From positions 25,363 through 89,362 of the forward strand of contig JAKAFL010000010.1 of NCBI GenBank assembly GCA_021817945.1: a DNA stretch of 64,000 nucleotides, given 5' to 3'. Shown piece after piece: positions 19,047 through 28,656 of the stretch (its first letter is position 1; every line of letters begins with the position of its first letter). Source of the DNA: a bacterium (GTDB lineage: Bacteria; Verrucomicrobiota; Verrucomicrobiia; Limisphaerales; UBA11358). Under the pieces are notes generated by a model, which saw nothing but the letters and a program-made list of their open reading frames with translations, ran no database searches and was not told the DNA's origin. The position numbers were made by a program, and so were the translations under genes.

Positions 19047-20309
19047 ATGATGGAACCATTGGATTCAATACCCGGATTCAGGAGCGTGCCTCGCACCGGG
19101 GTGATTTATGTCACGCACGAGGCCACGAGGCATGGGTTTGCGTATGGCAAGGATGACTGGGCCAACCTTGGCCAGGGATCCCCTGAAACCGGCAGCCTGC
19201 CCGGCGCACCACAACGGGTGGAAAGCCTCGCTGTATCAGCTTCCAGTCTCCAATATGCTCCCGTGGCTGGAAGCCGCGCATTATGCCAGGCCGTTGCGGA
19301 CCTTTACAACGCCCGATACCGGCGCGGAAAAAAATCCCAATACACCGCCGATAATGTCAGCATCGCCAGCGGCGGGCGACTGGCCCTGACCCGCCTGGCT
19401 AGCGCCTTGGGAAACATCAACATGGGTCATTTCATCCCCGATTACACTGCCTATGAAGAATTACTGGGTGTGTTTAAGGCTTTTTCCGCAATCCCCATCC
19501 TTTTACGGCCAGAAAAGGGATATAAAATAGCCCCTGCGGACCTTCGTGAGGAAATATTGGGTCGCGGATTAAGCGCCTTGCTCGCCAGCAATCCGTGTAA
19601 TCCGACCGGCCAATTCATGGAAGGACCGGAACTGGCAGCTTGGTGCGCGTTGGGCCGGGAGTGCCAATGTTCCATGATTTTTGACGAGTTTTATTCGCAT
19701 TACATTTACCCAAAACATCCGGATTCCAAACCCAGGATGATCTCGGCGGCGGAATTCGTGGAGGATGTCAACAAGGATCCCATCGTGGTGGTGGATGGGT
19801 TGACCAAGAATTGGCGGTATCCCGGCTGGCGCATTAGTTGGACGCTGGGACCCAAGCCAGTCATTGAAGCCATTGCCAGCGCGGGGTCGTTTCTGGATGG
19901 CGGGGCCAACCATCCATTTCAGAACGCCGCACTTCCACTTTTGGATCCTGCCCATGTGGAGCAGGAATCCATGGCCATCCAGAGCCATTTCGGAAGTAAA
20001 CGGGCCAAGCTTTTGGAGCGGCTCGAGGCCATGAATATCACCCCGGATGCCAAACCGGATGGAGCTTTCTATGTCTGGGCCAATCTCTCAAAACTGCCCC
20101 CTCCCCTTAACGACGGCATGCAATTTTTTCGAGAAGGCCTCAAAGAAAAGGTCATCGTGGTGCCTGGCGTGTTTTTTGACGTGAACCCGGGACATCGCCG
20201 TGCCCAAAGCCGATACAATAATTATTGCCGAATTAGTTTTGGCCCGGAAATGGGCAAGTTGGAACTGGGACTGGACGCCTTGGAGCGGGTCATCGCCAAA
20301 TATCGTTAA
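19047..20309 (+). CDS. PLP-dependent aminotransferase, class I/II fold
   Basis: 420 aa. Contains NPCNPTG, the PLP-lysine block GLTKNWRYPGWRISW, and a C-terminal RISF. Substrate cannot be inferred. Confidence 0.85.
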   Translation: MMEPLDSIPGFRSVPRTGVIYVTHEATRHGFAYGKDDWANLGQGSPETGSLPGAPQRVESLAVSASSLQYAPVAGSRALCQAVADLYNARYRRGKKSQYTADNVSIASGGRLALTRLASALGNINMGHFIPDYTAYEELLGVFKAFSAIPILLRPEKGYKIAPADLREEILGRGLSALLASNPCNPTGQFMEGPELAAWCALGRECQCSMIFDEFYSHYIYPKHPDSKPRMISAAEFVEDVNKDPIVVVDGLTKNWRYPGWRISWTLGPKPVIEAIASAGSFLDGGANHPFQNAALPLLDPAHVEQESMAIQSHFGSKRAKLLERLEAMNITPDAKPDGAFYVWANLSKLPPPLNDGMQFFREGLKEKVIVVPGVFFDVNPGHRRAQSRYNNYCRISFGPEMGKLELGLDALERVIAKYR

Positions 20310-20481
20310 CTCCGAAGCTCGGTAACGCGGCCGGGATGAAATGATTTTCAACATCATCCCGCTAAGCCTGATCTTGGTGCAATGAAAAGTCAGGCCGGTC
20401 CCCGTTTTCCATCAAGGGTTTGGATTTAACTTTTCAGTCGGATTTTGGCGCAAAAATCGCTGTGGAGTAAAAGGTTGTGAC

Positions 20482-21843
20482 ATGATTTTGTGGTGGACAT
20501 ACCAGCAGCTTCGGGCCAGCAACCCACAAACACGGCTGCAGACGATTGCCAAGCTTGCCGAAACCCATGAGCGGGATTCGGTTGAGCCACTTCTTTTTGC
20601 CTTGAAAGACAAGGAACCCGAGGTGCGTTTGGCCGCAACCCAAGCCCTCGCCAAACTGGAAGACCCACGCATTTTACCCGCCTTGATTCAACAATTGCTT
20701 GATCCTGCACCCGTGGTGCGGTCGGGATTGGCCGATCTTCTGGGCCGGATGGGAGGTTTTCAAGCGATTGCGCCCCTCACTTCGCTGCTTCAGGATCAGG
20801 ATGAATCCGTCCGGGCTGCTGTTTCCCGAAATCTAATGCGATTGGGATGGAAACCCGGGGACGAAACAGAGCGAATGCAACAGGTTCTCGCCTCAGGCAA
20901 TCCCCGGCAGTGGGTGGCCATGGGACCTAAAATCATACCGCATTTGGTCGAAATGGTGCGGCATGGCACTCCAGAAAAGCAGATGGCTGCCATCCAGGCC
21001 TTGGGTGAAATGAATGATTCCCAGGTATTGCCGGCCATGGTCGAGGTTTTGCGACATAGCGACCCTGCCCAAAAAATTGCCGCGCTTGGCGTGTTGGAGA
21101 AAACGGGAAATCCGGCAGCCTATGAGCCGGTGGAACGTCTTTTTCGGGATGGCCATGCATCTGTGCGCAGCGCTGCCCTGGAAACCGCCGCTCATTGCGG
21201 CGGGCAACGTGCCGTAGGCGCCCTGATAAAGGCATTGAAGGATCCCTCTTGGGAGGTTCGCTTGGTAGCCGTTAAAATTCTGGGCCGGCTGCGGGATGCG
21301 GCGGCAGTGGATGGGCTTTGCGGCACGCTTTTTGACGCGGATAGGGATGTGCGCGAAAGTGCCATTGCAAGCCTTGGAAAAATCGGGGACACGAGGGCCT
21401 TGACCGTTTTGGTGCCATTGTTGTACGACCCTGAGAGCGTTTTGCGCACTGCGGCCACAGCCGCCTTGCGGATGATTGACAGAAAGTGGGAGAAAAATCC
21501 CGCCATTTTGCCCCTGCTGCCCCAGGTTCGCGAGGCGCTTGATCACCATGATTACTGGGTGAAACACAGCGCGTTGAAATTATTCGAGCAACTGGGCGTG
21601 GACCCTGCCACGTTGGGTGGAACTTCACCCGAACCAAAGCCGATCCAGGTTGCAGAGCATCCTGCATTTGCCATTTTGGCGGATTTGTTGTTTGATTCCG
21701 ACCGTGATTTAAGGCTGGCTGCAGCCGAGGCTTTTGGCCGGTTGCGCGAGAAAGACGCGCAACCCATCTTGGCGGCGGCTGTTCATGACGAGGATTCCCA
21801 AGTGCAGCGCGCCGCGCTGGACGCACTGGCCGCACTGGGCTGA
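20482..21843 (+). CDS. HEAT (PBS-lyase type) repeat protein
   Basis: 453 aa made of about 30-aa repeats of the form D..VR..AA.ALG..GD..A...L...L.D. Confidence 0.85.
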   Translation: MILWWTYQQLRASNPQTRLQTIAKLAETHERDSVEPLLFALKDKEPEVRLAATQALAKLEDPRILPALIQQLLDPAPVVRSGLADLLGRMGGFQAIAPLTSLLQDQDESVRAAVSRNLMRLGWKPGDETERMQQVLASGNPRQWVAMGPKIIPHLVEMVRHGTPEKQMAAIQALGEMNDSQVLPAMVEVLRHSDPAQKIAALGVLEKTGNPAAYEPVERLFRDGHASVRSAALETAAHCGGQRAVGALIKALKDPSWEVRLVAVKILGRLRDAAAVDGLCGTLFDADRDVRESAIASLGKIGDTRALTVLVPLLYDPESVLRTAATAALRMIDRKWEKNPAILPLLPQVREALDHHDYWVKHSALKLFEQLGVDPATLGGTSPEPKPIQVAEHPAFAILADLLFDSDRDLRLAAAEAFGRLREKDAQPILAAAVHDEDSQVQRAALDALAALG

Positions 21844-21877
21844 CCGGGCCTCAACAGCATTGACCCAGCACGTTTAA

Positions 21878-22894
21878 ATGAACCATTCAGAACATAAGAG
21901 ACAACGCATCCTTTTCGTGGATGATGACCCGGTGTTTCTGGGCACCATAGCGGATTTATTTGCGGCTTGGAGTGGTGATCAGTGGCACATTCAACAGGCC
22001 CAATCAGCCGATCAGGCGCTGGAAATCCTCAAAGTGAGCGCCGTTGACGTGGCCGTTCTGGATGCCGGAATGCCGGTTCTGGACGGGGTTCAGTTCCTGA
22101 AGATTCTCGGACGACGTCATCCTGAGGTTAAGAAAGTGATGCTAACCGGCCTGGCCACCGAGGAAAAACGGTCTGAGTGCCTGTCCAACGGAGCGGAACT
22201 ATTTATTGAAAAACCCCGTTCCCCAGATGGTCTCAAAGCTGTCTTTGCCATGCTGGATGAATTGATGACCTGGAAACCCCGGGAAGGTTTTCAGGGAATG
22301 CTTCGAAAAGTGGGCCTTCAGGACGTCATTCAAATGGAATGCTTGGGAAGAAATTCCTGCATTCTGGAGATCAGCAACCCACAGGCTGCGGGCCGCCTCT
22401 ATATCGAGGAAGGCAGCCTCATCCATGCCGTTCTCGGTCCTGTATCCGGCGAGAAAGCCCTCCAAAAACTTCTCGCCATGTCCGGGGGATCTTTCCAGTT
22501 GCTTCCCTTCGAGGCCCCATCGCAAAAAACCTTGAATGGTCCCTGGGAATTTTTGTTGATGGAGGCGGCGCGCGTGCGCGATGAGGCTGCGCAATCCCGG
22601 ACGGAAGGTCCCGAACCTGCGTTGGCGCCTGCAAGACGAAATACCCGCGTGGCAGAACTGATCATCGCCTCGGTCCATGGCGACGTTTTCCACGATTGGC
22701 AATGCCCCGACCTTCCCATCCGGCTGTCGTGGCTGCAAACCCTGGCTTCCGAGGTTTCTGAAATAGCCGCCGAGGATTTTTTAGGGGCATTTGATCGCTT
22801 GGAAATCGCCTCGGATGCAGGCCGTGTCGTTGCTCAGGCCAAGTCAGACCGCCTGGTTTGGACACGGCTGGCCTACCCTCCACAGCACTCATGA
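21878..22894 (+). CDS. response regulator receiver domain fused to a DUF4388-like domain
   Basis: REC domain: ILFVDDDP...VLDAGMPVLDG...LTG...KP. It is followed by GMLRKVGLQDVIQMECLGRNSCILEI...GRLYIEEGSLIHA, which matches the DUF4388 pattern. Confidence 0.8.
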   Translation: MNHSEHKRQRILFVDDDPVFLGTIADLFAAWSGDQWHIQQAQSADQALEILKVSAVDVAVLDAGMPVLDGVQFLKILGRRHPEVKKVMLTGLATEEKRSECLSNGAELFIEKPRSPDGLKAVFAMLDELMTWKPREGFQGMLRKVGLQDVIQMECLGRNSCILEISNPQAAGRLYIEEGSLIHAVLGPVSGEKALQKLLAMSGGSFQLLPFEAPSQKTLNGPWEFLLMEAARVRDEAAQSRTEGPEPALAPARRNTRVAELIIASVHGDVFHDWQCPDLPIRLSWLQTLASEVSEIAAEDFLGAFDRLEIASDAGRVVAQAKSDRLVWTRLAYPPQHS

Positions 22895-23244
22895 GCGACC
22901 AAGCCGCAGATCCCTTTCACAACTGGATCAGCCAGTGCACCCAAATCCCGGGTGTTTTAGGCAGCGGCATTCATTTGCCGGATGGTTCCATCCGCTGCCA
23001 GAGCACCTCTGAATTCCTGTCCGATGACAAATTGGAAAGCCTTATCCGCCGGTTGGCTGCCTGGGAACCCCGGCTCACGGAAGCCTTGAAGGGATATAAG
23101 ACCGCTTTCTGGCGTTTTGAAAAAGCGAGCATTCGTTGTGACTGGCGGCCTGATGGAGCCATGGCCTTCGTGATGCTGCGGCAGGATTGCCAGGAGGCAT
23201 CCCACCTTGAAAGCAAAATGTGCGCTTTCATGACCCTTTCGTGA
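22891..23244 (+). CDS. small hypothetical protein, possibly Roadblock/LC7-like
   Basis: The ATG at 22891 overlaps the upstream TGA (ATGA), suggesting translational coupling. 117 aa. The segment IPGVLGSGIHLPDGSI weakly recalls the Roadblock/LC7 N-terminal strand. Confidence 0.5.
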   Translation: MSDQAADPFHNWISQCTQIPGVLGSGIHLPDGSIRCQSTSEFLSDDKLESLIRRLAAWEPRLTEALKGYKTAFWRFEKASIRCDWRPDGAMAFVMLRQDCQEASHLESKMCAFMTLS

Positions 23245-23287
23245 TTTTCAACAAGCTTCCCGTGGAATACGTCTTGCCTGTGGGGTT

Positions 23288-24217
23288 GTGCCGCCATTGG
23301 CGCGCAGGAAGGGTATCTTTTTCCTTTTATCCCTTGCAAAGACGGCCCATTCTGCGCAGGTGAAATTGTCCAGCGCAGAAATTCGCCGGGTTGTTGCCGC
23401 CGCCTTGCGGGAAGACGTGGGAAGCGGCGACGCCACCACTTTAGCCACCGTGCCACGCGGGACTAAAGCTGAAGCGCAAATGAATGCGCGTGAAAACTTG
23501 GTGGTCTGCGGCCTGGCTTTTGCCGAGACCGCTTTCATGCTTTTATCCCGGTCCGTAAAAATGCGGCGGTTCCACCGGGATGGAAATCATGTCCGTGCCG
23601 GGCAACCACTTCTCCATGTGGAAGGACCTGCGCGGGCGCTGCTCACGGCGGAACGGGTGGCTTTAAATTTCGTGCAGCGGTTATCCGGCATTGCCACGGC
23701 CAGTGCTGCTTATGTGAATGCAGTGGCTGGCACCGGCGCACGCATTTTGGACACCCGCAAAACCACACCGGGCTGGCGAAGGTTTGAGAAATACGCCGTT
23801 CAATGCGGGGGCGCCCAAAACCACCGACATGGCTTATACGACCGCATCCTGATCAAGGACAACCACCTTGCCGCGCTGAAAAACACCCATCCGGATCCGG
23901 TGGCGGCCGCTGTGGCGCGGGCGCGGCGCCGCTTTCCCAGGTTGCTGGTGGAAGTGGAGGCAGACACTCTGGCCCAGGTTGACCAGGCCCTGAGTGCCGG
24001 GGCGGATTTCATTCTTCTGGATAACATGACCCCGGCGCAATTGCGCAAGGCGGTGAAGCTGGTACGGGGCCGCGTTCCCCTGGAAGCCAGTGGCGGTGTT
24101 CATTTGAAAAACGTTCGCGCCATTGCCCGCACAGGCGTGAATTGCATTTCCGTGGGTTCCATCACCCACTCCGCAGGCGCGGTGGACGTGGCCCTGGATT
24201 TTTTCCCGGCATCATGA
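23288..24217 (+). CDS. nadC: nicotinate-nucleotide pyrophosphorylase (quinolinate phosphoribosyltransferase)
   Basis: ALREDVG.GD.TT, ILDTRKTTPG.R, KYAV..GG..NHR.GL.D..LIKDNH, LLDNM and ASGG blocks. The true start may be the GTG at 23360. Confidence 0.9.
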   Translation: MPPLARRKGIFFLLSLAKTAHSAQVKLSSAEIRRVVAAALREDVGSGDATTLATVPRGTKAEAQMNARENLVVCGLAFAETAFMLLSRSVKMRRFHRDGNHVRAGQPLLHVEGPARALLTAERVALNFVQRLSGIATASAAYVNAVAGTGARILDTRKTTPGWRRFEKYAVQCGGAQNHRHGLYDRILIKDNHLAALKNTHPDPVAAAVARARRRFPRLLVEVEADTLAQVDQALSAGADFILLDNMTPAQLRKAVKLVRGRVPLEASGGVHLKNVRAIARTGVNCISVGSITHSAGAVDVALDFFPAS

Positions 24218-25212
24218 CTCCTGATGCCAAAATCCTGGCCGCCTTGCGAGATCATCCCGAGGGTGTTTCAGGCGAACAGCTCGCCACTTCACTGGCCATC
24301 AGCAGGGCCGCTGTCTGGGCCCGGATGGAGTCGTTACGCCAGGCAGGCTACGATATCACAGCCGGACCTCACAATGGGTATCGCCTGGTGGGAACTCCCG
24401 ATCTTTTGCATGCCGATGACCTGCTCTCCAGAGTCAGCGGACGCGTGAGAGTCATTGGCCGGGATATCCAGGTTTTCAAGGAAACAACATCCACAAACGA
24501 TATCATTGAGAAAATGGCCCGGGACGGCCTCAGGGAGGGATTTGTGGTCTTTGCAGAATCCCAGACCAAAGGGCGCGGACGGCTGGGAAGAAAATGGATT
24601 TCACCCCCAGGTAAAGGACTTTGGCTGTCCGTGCTATTGCGGCCTGCATTGAGACCTCAGGAGACAACCCAATTGACAATCGCCTCTGCCACGGCACTGC
24701 TGCGGTCCATCATTCAAGTCACCGGGCTTCAGCCACAAATCAAATGGCCGAACGATCTGCTGATTGGCGACCGCAAAGTGGCCGGCATTCTCACCGAATT
24801 GAGCGCGGAACCGGACCGGGTGCATCATGTCACCCTTGGCATTGGAGTGGATGTAAACATGAAAGAATCTGAATGGCCATTGGAGTTGCGGTCTGTGGCC
24901 ACTTCGTTACGCATGGTTGCCGGCTTCGAAATCTCCAGGGTGGAACTTGCGGCCACATTGCTTGAAAACCTGGACCGGGATTATGCCAGAATTTGCCGCG
25001 GCGGGTTTGGCGAGGTGGCGGATGAATGGGAGGAACATTGCACCACTCTGGGCCGGGAAGTGACCGTCCAAATGGGGCATCGAACCATTCAAGGCCGCGC
25101 GGAATCCCTGGATGACGACGGCGCGTTGCTTGTCCGGACCGAGCACGGACTTTTGGAGCGGGTGATGGGCGGAGACCTGACATTAAAAAAGAGGCCAGCG
25201 GACGCATCCTAA
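24214..25212 (+). CDS. birA: bifunctional biotin-[acetyl-CoA-carboxylase] ligase / biotin operon repressor
   Basis: The ATG at 24214 overlaps the nadC stop (ATGA). N-terminal winged HTH (GEQLATSLAISRAAVWARMESLRQAGYDI) plus the ligase motif GRGRLGRKW. Confidence 0.9.
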   Translation: MTPDAKILAALRDHPEGVSGEQLATSLAISRAAVWARMESLRQAGYDITAGPHNGYRLVGTPDLLHADDLLSRVSGRVRVIGRDIQVFKETTSTNDIIEKMARDGLREGFVVFAESQTKGRGRLGRKWISPPGKGLWLSVLLRPALRPQETTQLTIASATALLRSIIQVTGLQPQIKWPNDLLIGDRKVAGILTELSAEPDRVHHVTLGIGVDVNMKESEWPLELRSVATSLRMVAGFEISRVELAATLLENLDRDYARICRGGFGEVADEWEEHCTTLGREVTVQMGHRTIQGRAESLDDDGALLVRTEHGLLERVMGGDLTLKKRPADAS

Positions 25213-25215
25213 ACC

Positions 25216-25968
25216 ATGATTCTGTTATGTGACATTGGAAACACCCATACACATGTGGGCTTGGGCAGCAGGGAAGGAATCCTCCGAAAACGAGACATGC
25301 CCACGGAATGGTTTGCTGGCACGGCAGGAAAGACGGCCTTGAAAAAATTCATCGGTCGTTCCCGCATCGAGGGATCCGCCTTTTGCAGCGTGGTGCCCTC
25401 CATCACACCGTTGATACACAGGGTCATTCAGGACCTCACCGGCTTGCGGCCGCTGGAATTATCGGCCCGAACCGTCCGGGGGGTGGGCATTGATTACCCA
25501 CGACCGAAGACAATCGGAACTGACCGCCTGGCTAATGCCGTGGCTGCCCGCGCCCTCCATGGATCGCCAGTGGTGGTGGTGGACTTTGGCACGGCCGTGA
25601 CTTTCGACGTGGTCAACCGCCTCGGGAACTATGTCGGGGGGATCATCGCCCCCGGCTTGGCTGCGATGACGGATTACCTTCATGAAAAGACGGCTTTGCT
25701 GCCGCGAATTGTCATTCGTGAGCCAACCCGGGTGGTAGGCCGCAGCACCAAGGAAGCCATGCTGGCAGGAGCAGTGCATGGGTACCGGGGTTTAGTGAGG
25801 GAACTGATTGAGTCCTTGAAGAATGAATTGGGGGAAGATTCCCTTCCTGTGGTGGCCACCGGCGGTTACGCCAATCTCATGGCAGCCCGGCTGCCCCAAA
25901 TCCAAAAGGTTGATCAAAACCTGACTCTCCAGGGTGTGCGCCTCACCTGGCTTGCCCACAATCACTGA
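25216..25968 (+). CDS. coaX: type III pantothenate kinase
   Basis: 250 aa. MILLCDIGNTHTHVG, GTDRLAN, VVVDFGTA.TFD. Confidence 0.92.
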   Translation: MILLCDIGNTHTHVGLGSREGILRKRDMPTEWFAGTAGKTALKKFIGRSRIEGSAFCSVVPSITPLIHRVIQDLTGLRPLELSARTVRGVGIDYPRPKTIGTDRLANAVAARALHGSPVVVVDFGTAVTFDVVNRLGNYVGGIIAPGLAAMTDYLHEKTALLPRIVIREPTRVVGRSTKEAMLAGAVHGYRGLVRELIESLKNELGEDSLPVVATGGYANLMAARLPQIQKVDQNLTLQGVRLTWLAHNH

Positions 25969-27155
25969 TTACCCCGTTGGAGCCGGATGCGGACGACTGC
26001 AACCAAGCCCAGGCCCAGGAGCAAAGTGACCCCGGCAGCGCCACTCCAGGGGTTTTCACCAGCCATCTGCATGGACAAAGCTCCGACTGCCGGCCCGGCA
26101 CAGTTTCCCAATCCAATCGCCGCCTCGTGAATACCTCCGTGTTCGCTTTTTGCTCCTCCTGTTTCCATTGAATAGTATAGGGACGAGTAATAAATCAACC
26201 CGGTAGCATATCCGAACGCCAATTGGGCGGGCAGCACCACGGCCAGCCAAGGCATGGTGAGGATGGCGGCAAAGGAGACAATAAGCAAAACCAAGGCAGC
26301 CACCAGCCACCCAAAACGGTAATGCCAGCCGGTCCAACGCCATAAAACCAAGAAGGCAGCCAGCCGCGCAAAGCACCATAGGGAACATAAAACCCCTGCT
26401 GCGCCGGTGTCCAAGCGCAACCGATGCGCCACCCCGGGCAGCACCGCAATGAGCGTATTGATGGCGATATAGGAAAAAGGGTTGGCAATCCAAGCCATCT
26501 TTAAAAAAGAACCATTGACCGATTTGACAGAGCCAGCCTCCCCTTCTGAATCGCCCAAGGTTGGGGTCGTTTCCACAAAATTTCCAGGCTGGCATTTCAT
26601 CCAGATCGCCAAGAGAAACGCCACCACCAGCAGAATCAGCGGAAGACGGAAGATGATGGCAAATCCAAATTGATCAATGAGTGCGCCGCCGCAAAAAAAG
26701 GCTGTGGCATAGGCTGCCGCCCAGACGATATTGTAAATGCCCACCTCCCGGGAAACCTGACCGGCTTTGGCGCCTTCACTGACCATCGCCTCCAGAGTGG
26801 GCCAGACCGCGCTCATGCCCAGACAAACCAGCACGGCAGCGGAAATAAAAAATAGGGGCGCAGCATGCGACATGCCCTCGAAAAAGATGCTAAACAATAA
26901 ACCGGATAGAATCAGGCCAAATGCCCAAACCAAGGTATTCAGATAGCCAAACCGGTGAGCCACCCGCCCTGCCAACCATGAGGCTCCTGCACAGATGAGG
27001 CCCAAACCCGCCGCCAAAGCCAGGTTCTCGCGGTCACTCCACCCATCCCTGGCCTGCATGAAAAAATAGAGGTAGTTCAGGTATAAAACCGTGCCGAAAG
27101 ATGTGCAGGCCTCCATCACAAACCGCGCAAGGCGATTGAAATTCCCATCCTTCAT
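25962..27155 (-). CDS. MFS transporter
   Basis: About 12 predicted hydrophobic helices. Start placed at the ATG at 27155, which overlaps the upstream NUDIX stop (ATGA). The 3' end overlaps the coaX 3' end by 7 nt (convergent). Confidence 0.82.
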   Translation of the reverse strand: MKDGNFNRLARFVMEACTSFGTVLYLNYLYFFMQARDGWSDRENLALAAGLGLICAGASWLAGRVAHRFGYLNTLVWAFGLILSGLLFSIFFEGMSHAAPLFFISAAVLVCLGMSAVWPTLEAMVSEGAKAGQVSREVGIYNIVWAAAYATAFFCGGALIDQFGFAIIFRLPLILLVVAFLLAIWMKCQPGNFVETTPTLGDSEGEAGSVKSVNGSFLKMAWIANPFSYIAINTLIAVLPGVAHRLRLDTGAAGVLCSLWCFARLAAFLVLWRWTGWHYRFGWLVAALVLLIVSFAAILTMPWLAVVLPAQLAFGYATGLIYYSSLYYSMETGGAKSEHGGIHEAAIGLGNCAGPAVGALSMQMAGENPWSGAAGVTLLLGLGLVAVVRIRLQRGNQ

Positions 27156-27613
27156 TGGCCCGCCATTTCCTTCAGCGCCGCATGGCAATACCATTTCACC
27201 GCGTCGGATAGCGGGGGGGATAATTGGTCCAGGTCCCTGATGCTGCACCATTGGATGGCAAAATGTTCCGTGGCCGCCAAGGTGACCTGACCCGCCTTGG
27301 GCCGCGCCCAGTAAATCATTCCGATATGTTCGTGCGTGGCGGATATGCGGTGGATATCCAAAAACCTCGGGGCGATCAAAGCGCGCGTTCCCTCCGAGGT
27401 GGTGGGGGGTCTTTCCCCGATCAATTCCACTTCCAACCCGCTTTCCTCCAGAGCCTCGCGCAAAGCCGCCCGCTCAGGGTCCTCTTCCAACTCTATGTGC
27501 CCGCCCAACGGCAGCCAGCGGCCCAGTTTACGATGATGAACCAGCAACACCCGGTCTTCCTGCACAATAAACAGGGCCACGGTGAAATCTATCGCTGCAT
27601 GAATGTGAGGCAT
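27152..27613 (-). CDS. NUDIX hydrolase
   Basis: From the ATG at 27613. The Nudix box GGHIELEEDPERAALREALEESGL fits GX5EX7REUXEEXGU. Confidence 0.85.
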   Translation of the reverse strand: MPHIHAAIDFTVALFIVQEDRVLLVHHRKLGRWLPLGGHIELEEDPERAALREALEESGLEVELIGERPPTTSEGTRALIAPRFLDIHRISATHEHIGMIYWARPKAGQVTLAATEHFAIQWCSIRDLDQLSPPLSDAVKWYCHAALKEMAGQ

Positions 27614-27686
27614 CGTAAAAATCGCCAGCCGGTCCTGCGCAAAAAAACGCCCCGGCTTCGGGCCGGGGCGTTTGGGCAAAGTCCGA

Positions 27687-28631
27687 TTATTTAAGCCGGT
27701 CAAATGACTTTTGCAAAATCTGCCAGTCCTTCAGCCCAGCCACCTTGGCTTGGTGCGTCTTGTTGATTTCCGCTTCCTTGGCATTCTTGGTGGGCTTGGT
27801 GTTCTTATAAAAAATTCCAAAATATCCGGGGAAAGGCTCACCGGCCAGCTTGTAAGCGGCCATTTCATCCGTCACGTCATGGTTCTTGGGCACCTCGTTG
27901 AAAACCCCTCCTTTGCGCGGATTGCTGGCATCGAAGGCGCCCTCGTAAAATTCCACGCATTCGCTCAGGCATTCAATGAAACTAAAACCATCGTGATCCA
28001 TGGCCGCTTCCATAATTTGCAGCACATGGTTGGGATTGGTATGGGTGGTCCGCGCCACAAAAGTGGCACCGGCGGCAATGGCCTGCTTCATCGGGTTGAT
28101 CGGGTAATCAATCGCCCCCCATTGGTCCGTCTTGCTCTTGAACCCAAGAGGTGACGTGGGCGAGGTCTGCTTCTTGGTCAACCCATAAACCCAATTATCC
28201 ATCACACAATAGGTCATCTTGACGTTTTTGCGCGCGGTATGGTTGAAATGGTTGCCCCCAATCGAAAAAGCATCACCATCCCCGCCGAACACAAATACAT
28301 GCAGATCCGGCCTGGAAAGCGAAATCCCGCTGGCGAAAGGCAGCGCGCGTCCGTGAATGAAATGCACCCCGTGCGCCTGCACAAAGTAGGGAAATCGGCT
28401 GGAACAGCCTATCCCCGCCACCGTTGTGATCTTTTCATGCCACATGCGGCGTTTTTCAATTAATTTGAAGTAAAGGGCCAGCACAGAAAAATCCCCGCAT
28501 CCCGGACACCATGTGGGATGGTCAGCGGCGATTTCTTTCTTGGTCAATCCCTTGCGCTCTTCGGTGGGCGCGGCTGCGGACACAGGTGAATTTCCCGTGC
28601 GTTTTTCCATTTCTGTCAAAGTCTGGCTCAT
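27687..28631 (-). CDS. korB: 2-oxoacid:ferredoxin oxidoreductase, beta (TPP-binding) subunit
   Basis: WCPGCGDF, GIGCSSR, and GGDGD...IGGNH (the TPP-binding GDG). Start at the ATG at 28631, 26 nt after the korA stop. Confidence 0.9.
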   Translation of the reverse strand: MSQTLTEMEKRTGNSPVSAAAPTEERKGLTKKEIAADHPTWCPGCGDFSVLALYFKLIEKRRMWHEKITTVAGIGCSSRFPYFVQAHGVHFIHGRALPFASGISLSRPDLHVFVFGGDGDAFSIGGNHFNHTARKNVKMTYCVMDNWVYGLTKKQTSPTSPLGFKSKTDQWGAIDYPINPMKQAIAAGATFVARTTHTNPNHVLQIMEAAMDHDGFSFIECLSECVEFYEGAFDASNPRKGGVFNEVPKNHDVTDEMAAYKLAGEPFPGYFGIFYKNTKPTKNAKEAEINKTHQAKVAGLKDWQILQKSFDRLK

Positions 28632-28656
28632 ATCTCGTTTTCTTGTTTCAATTTCA

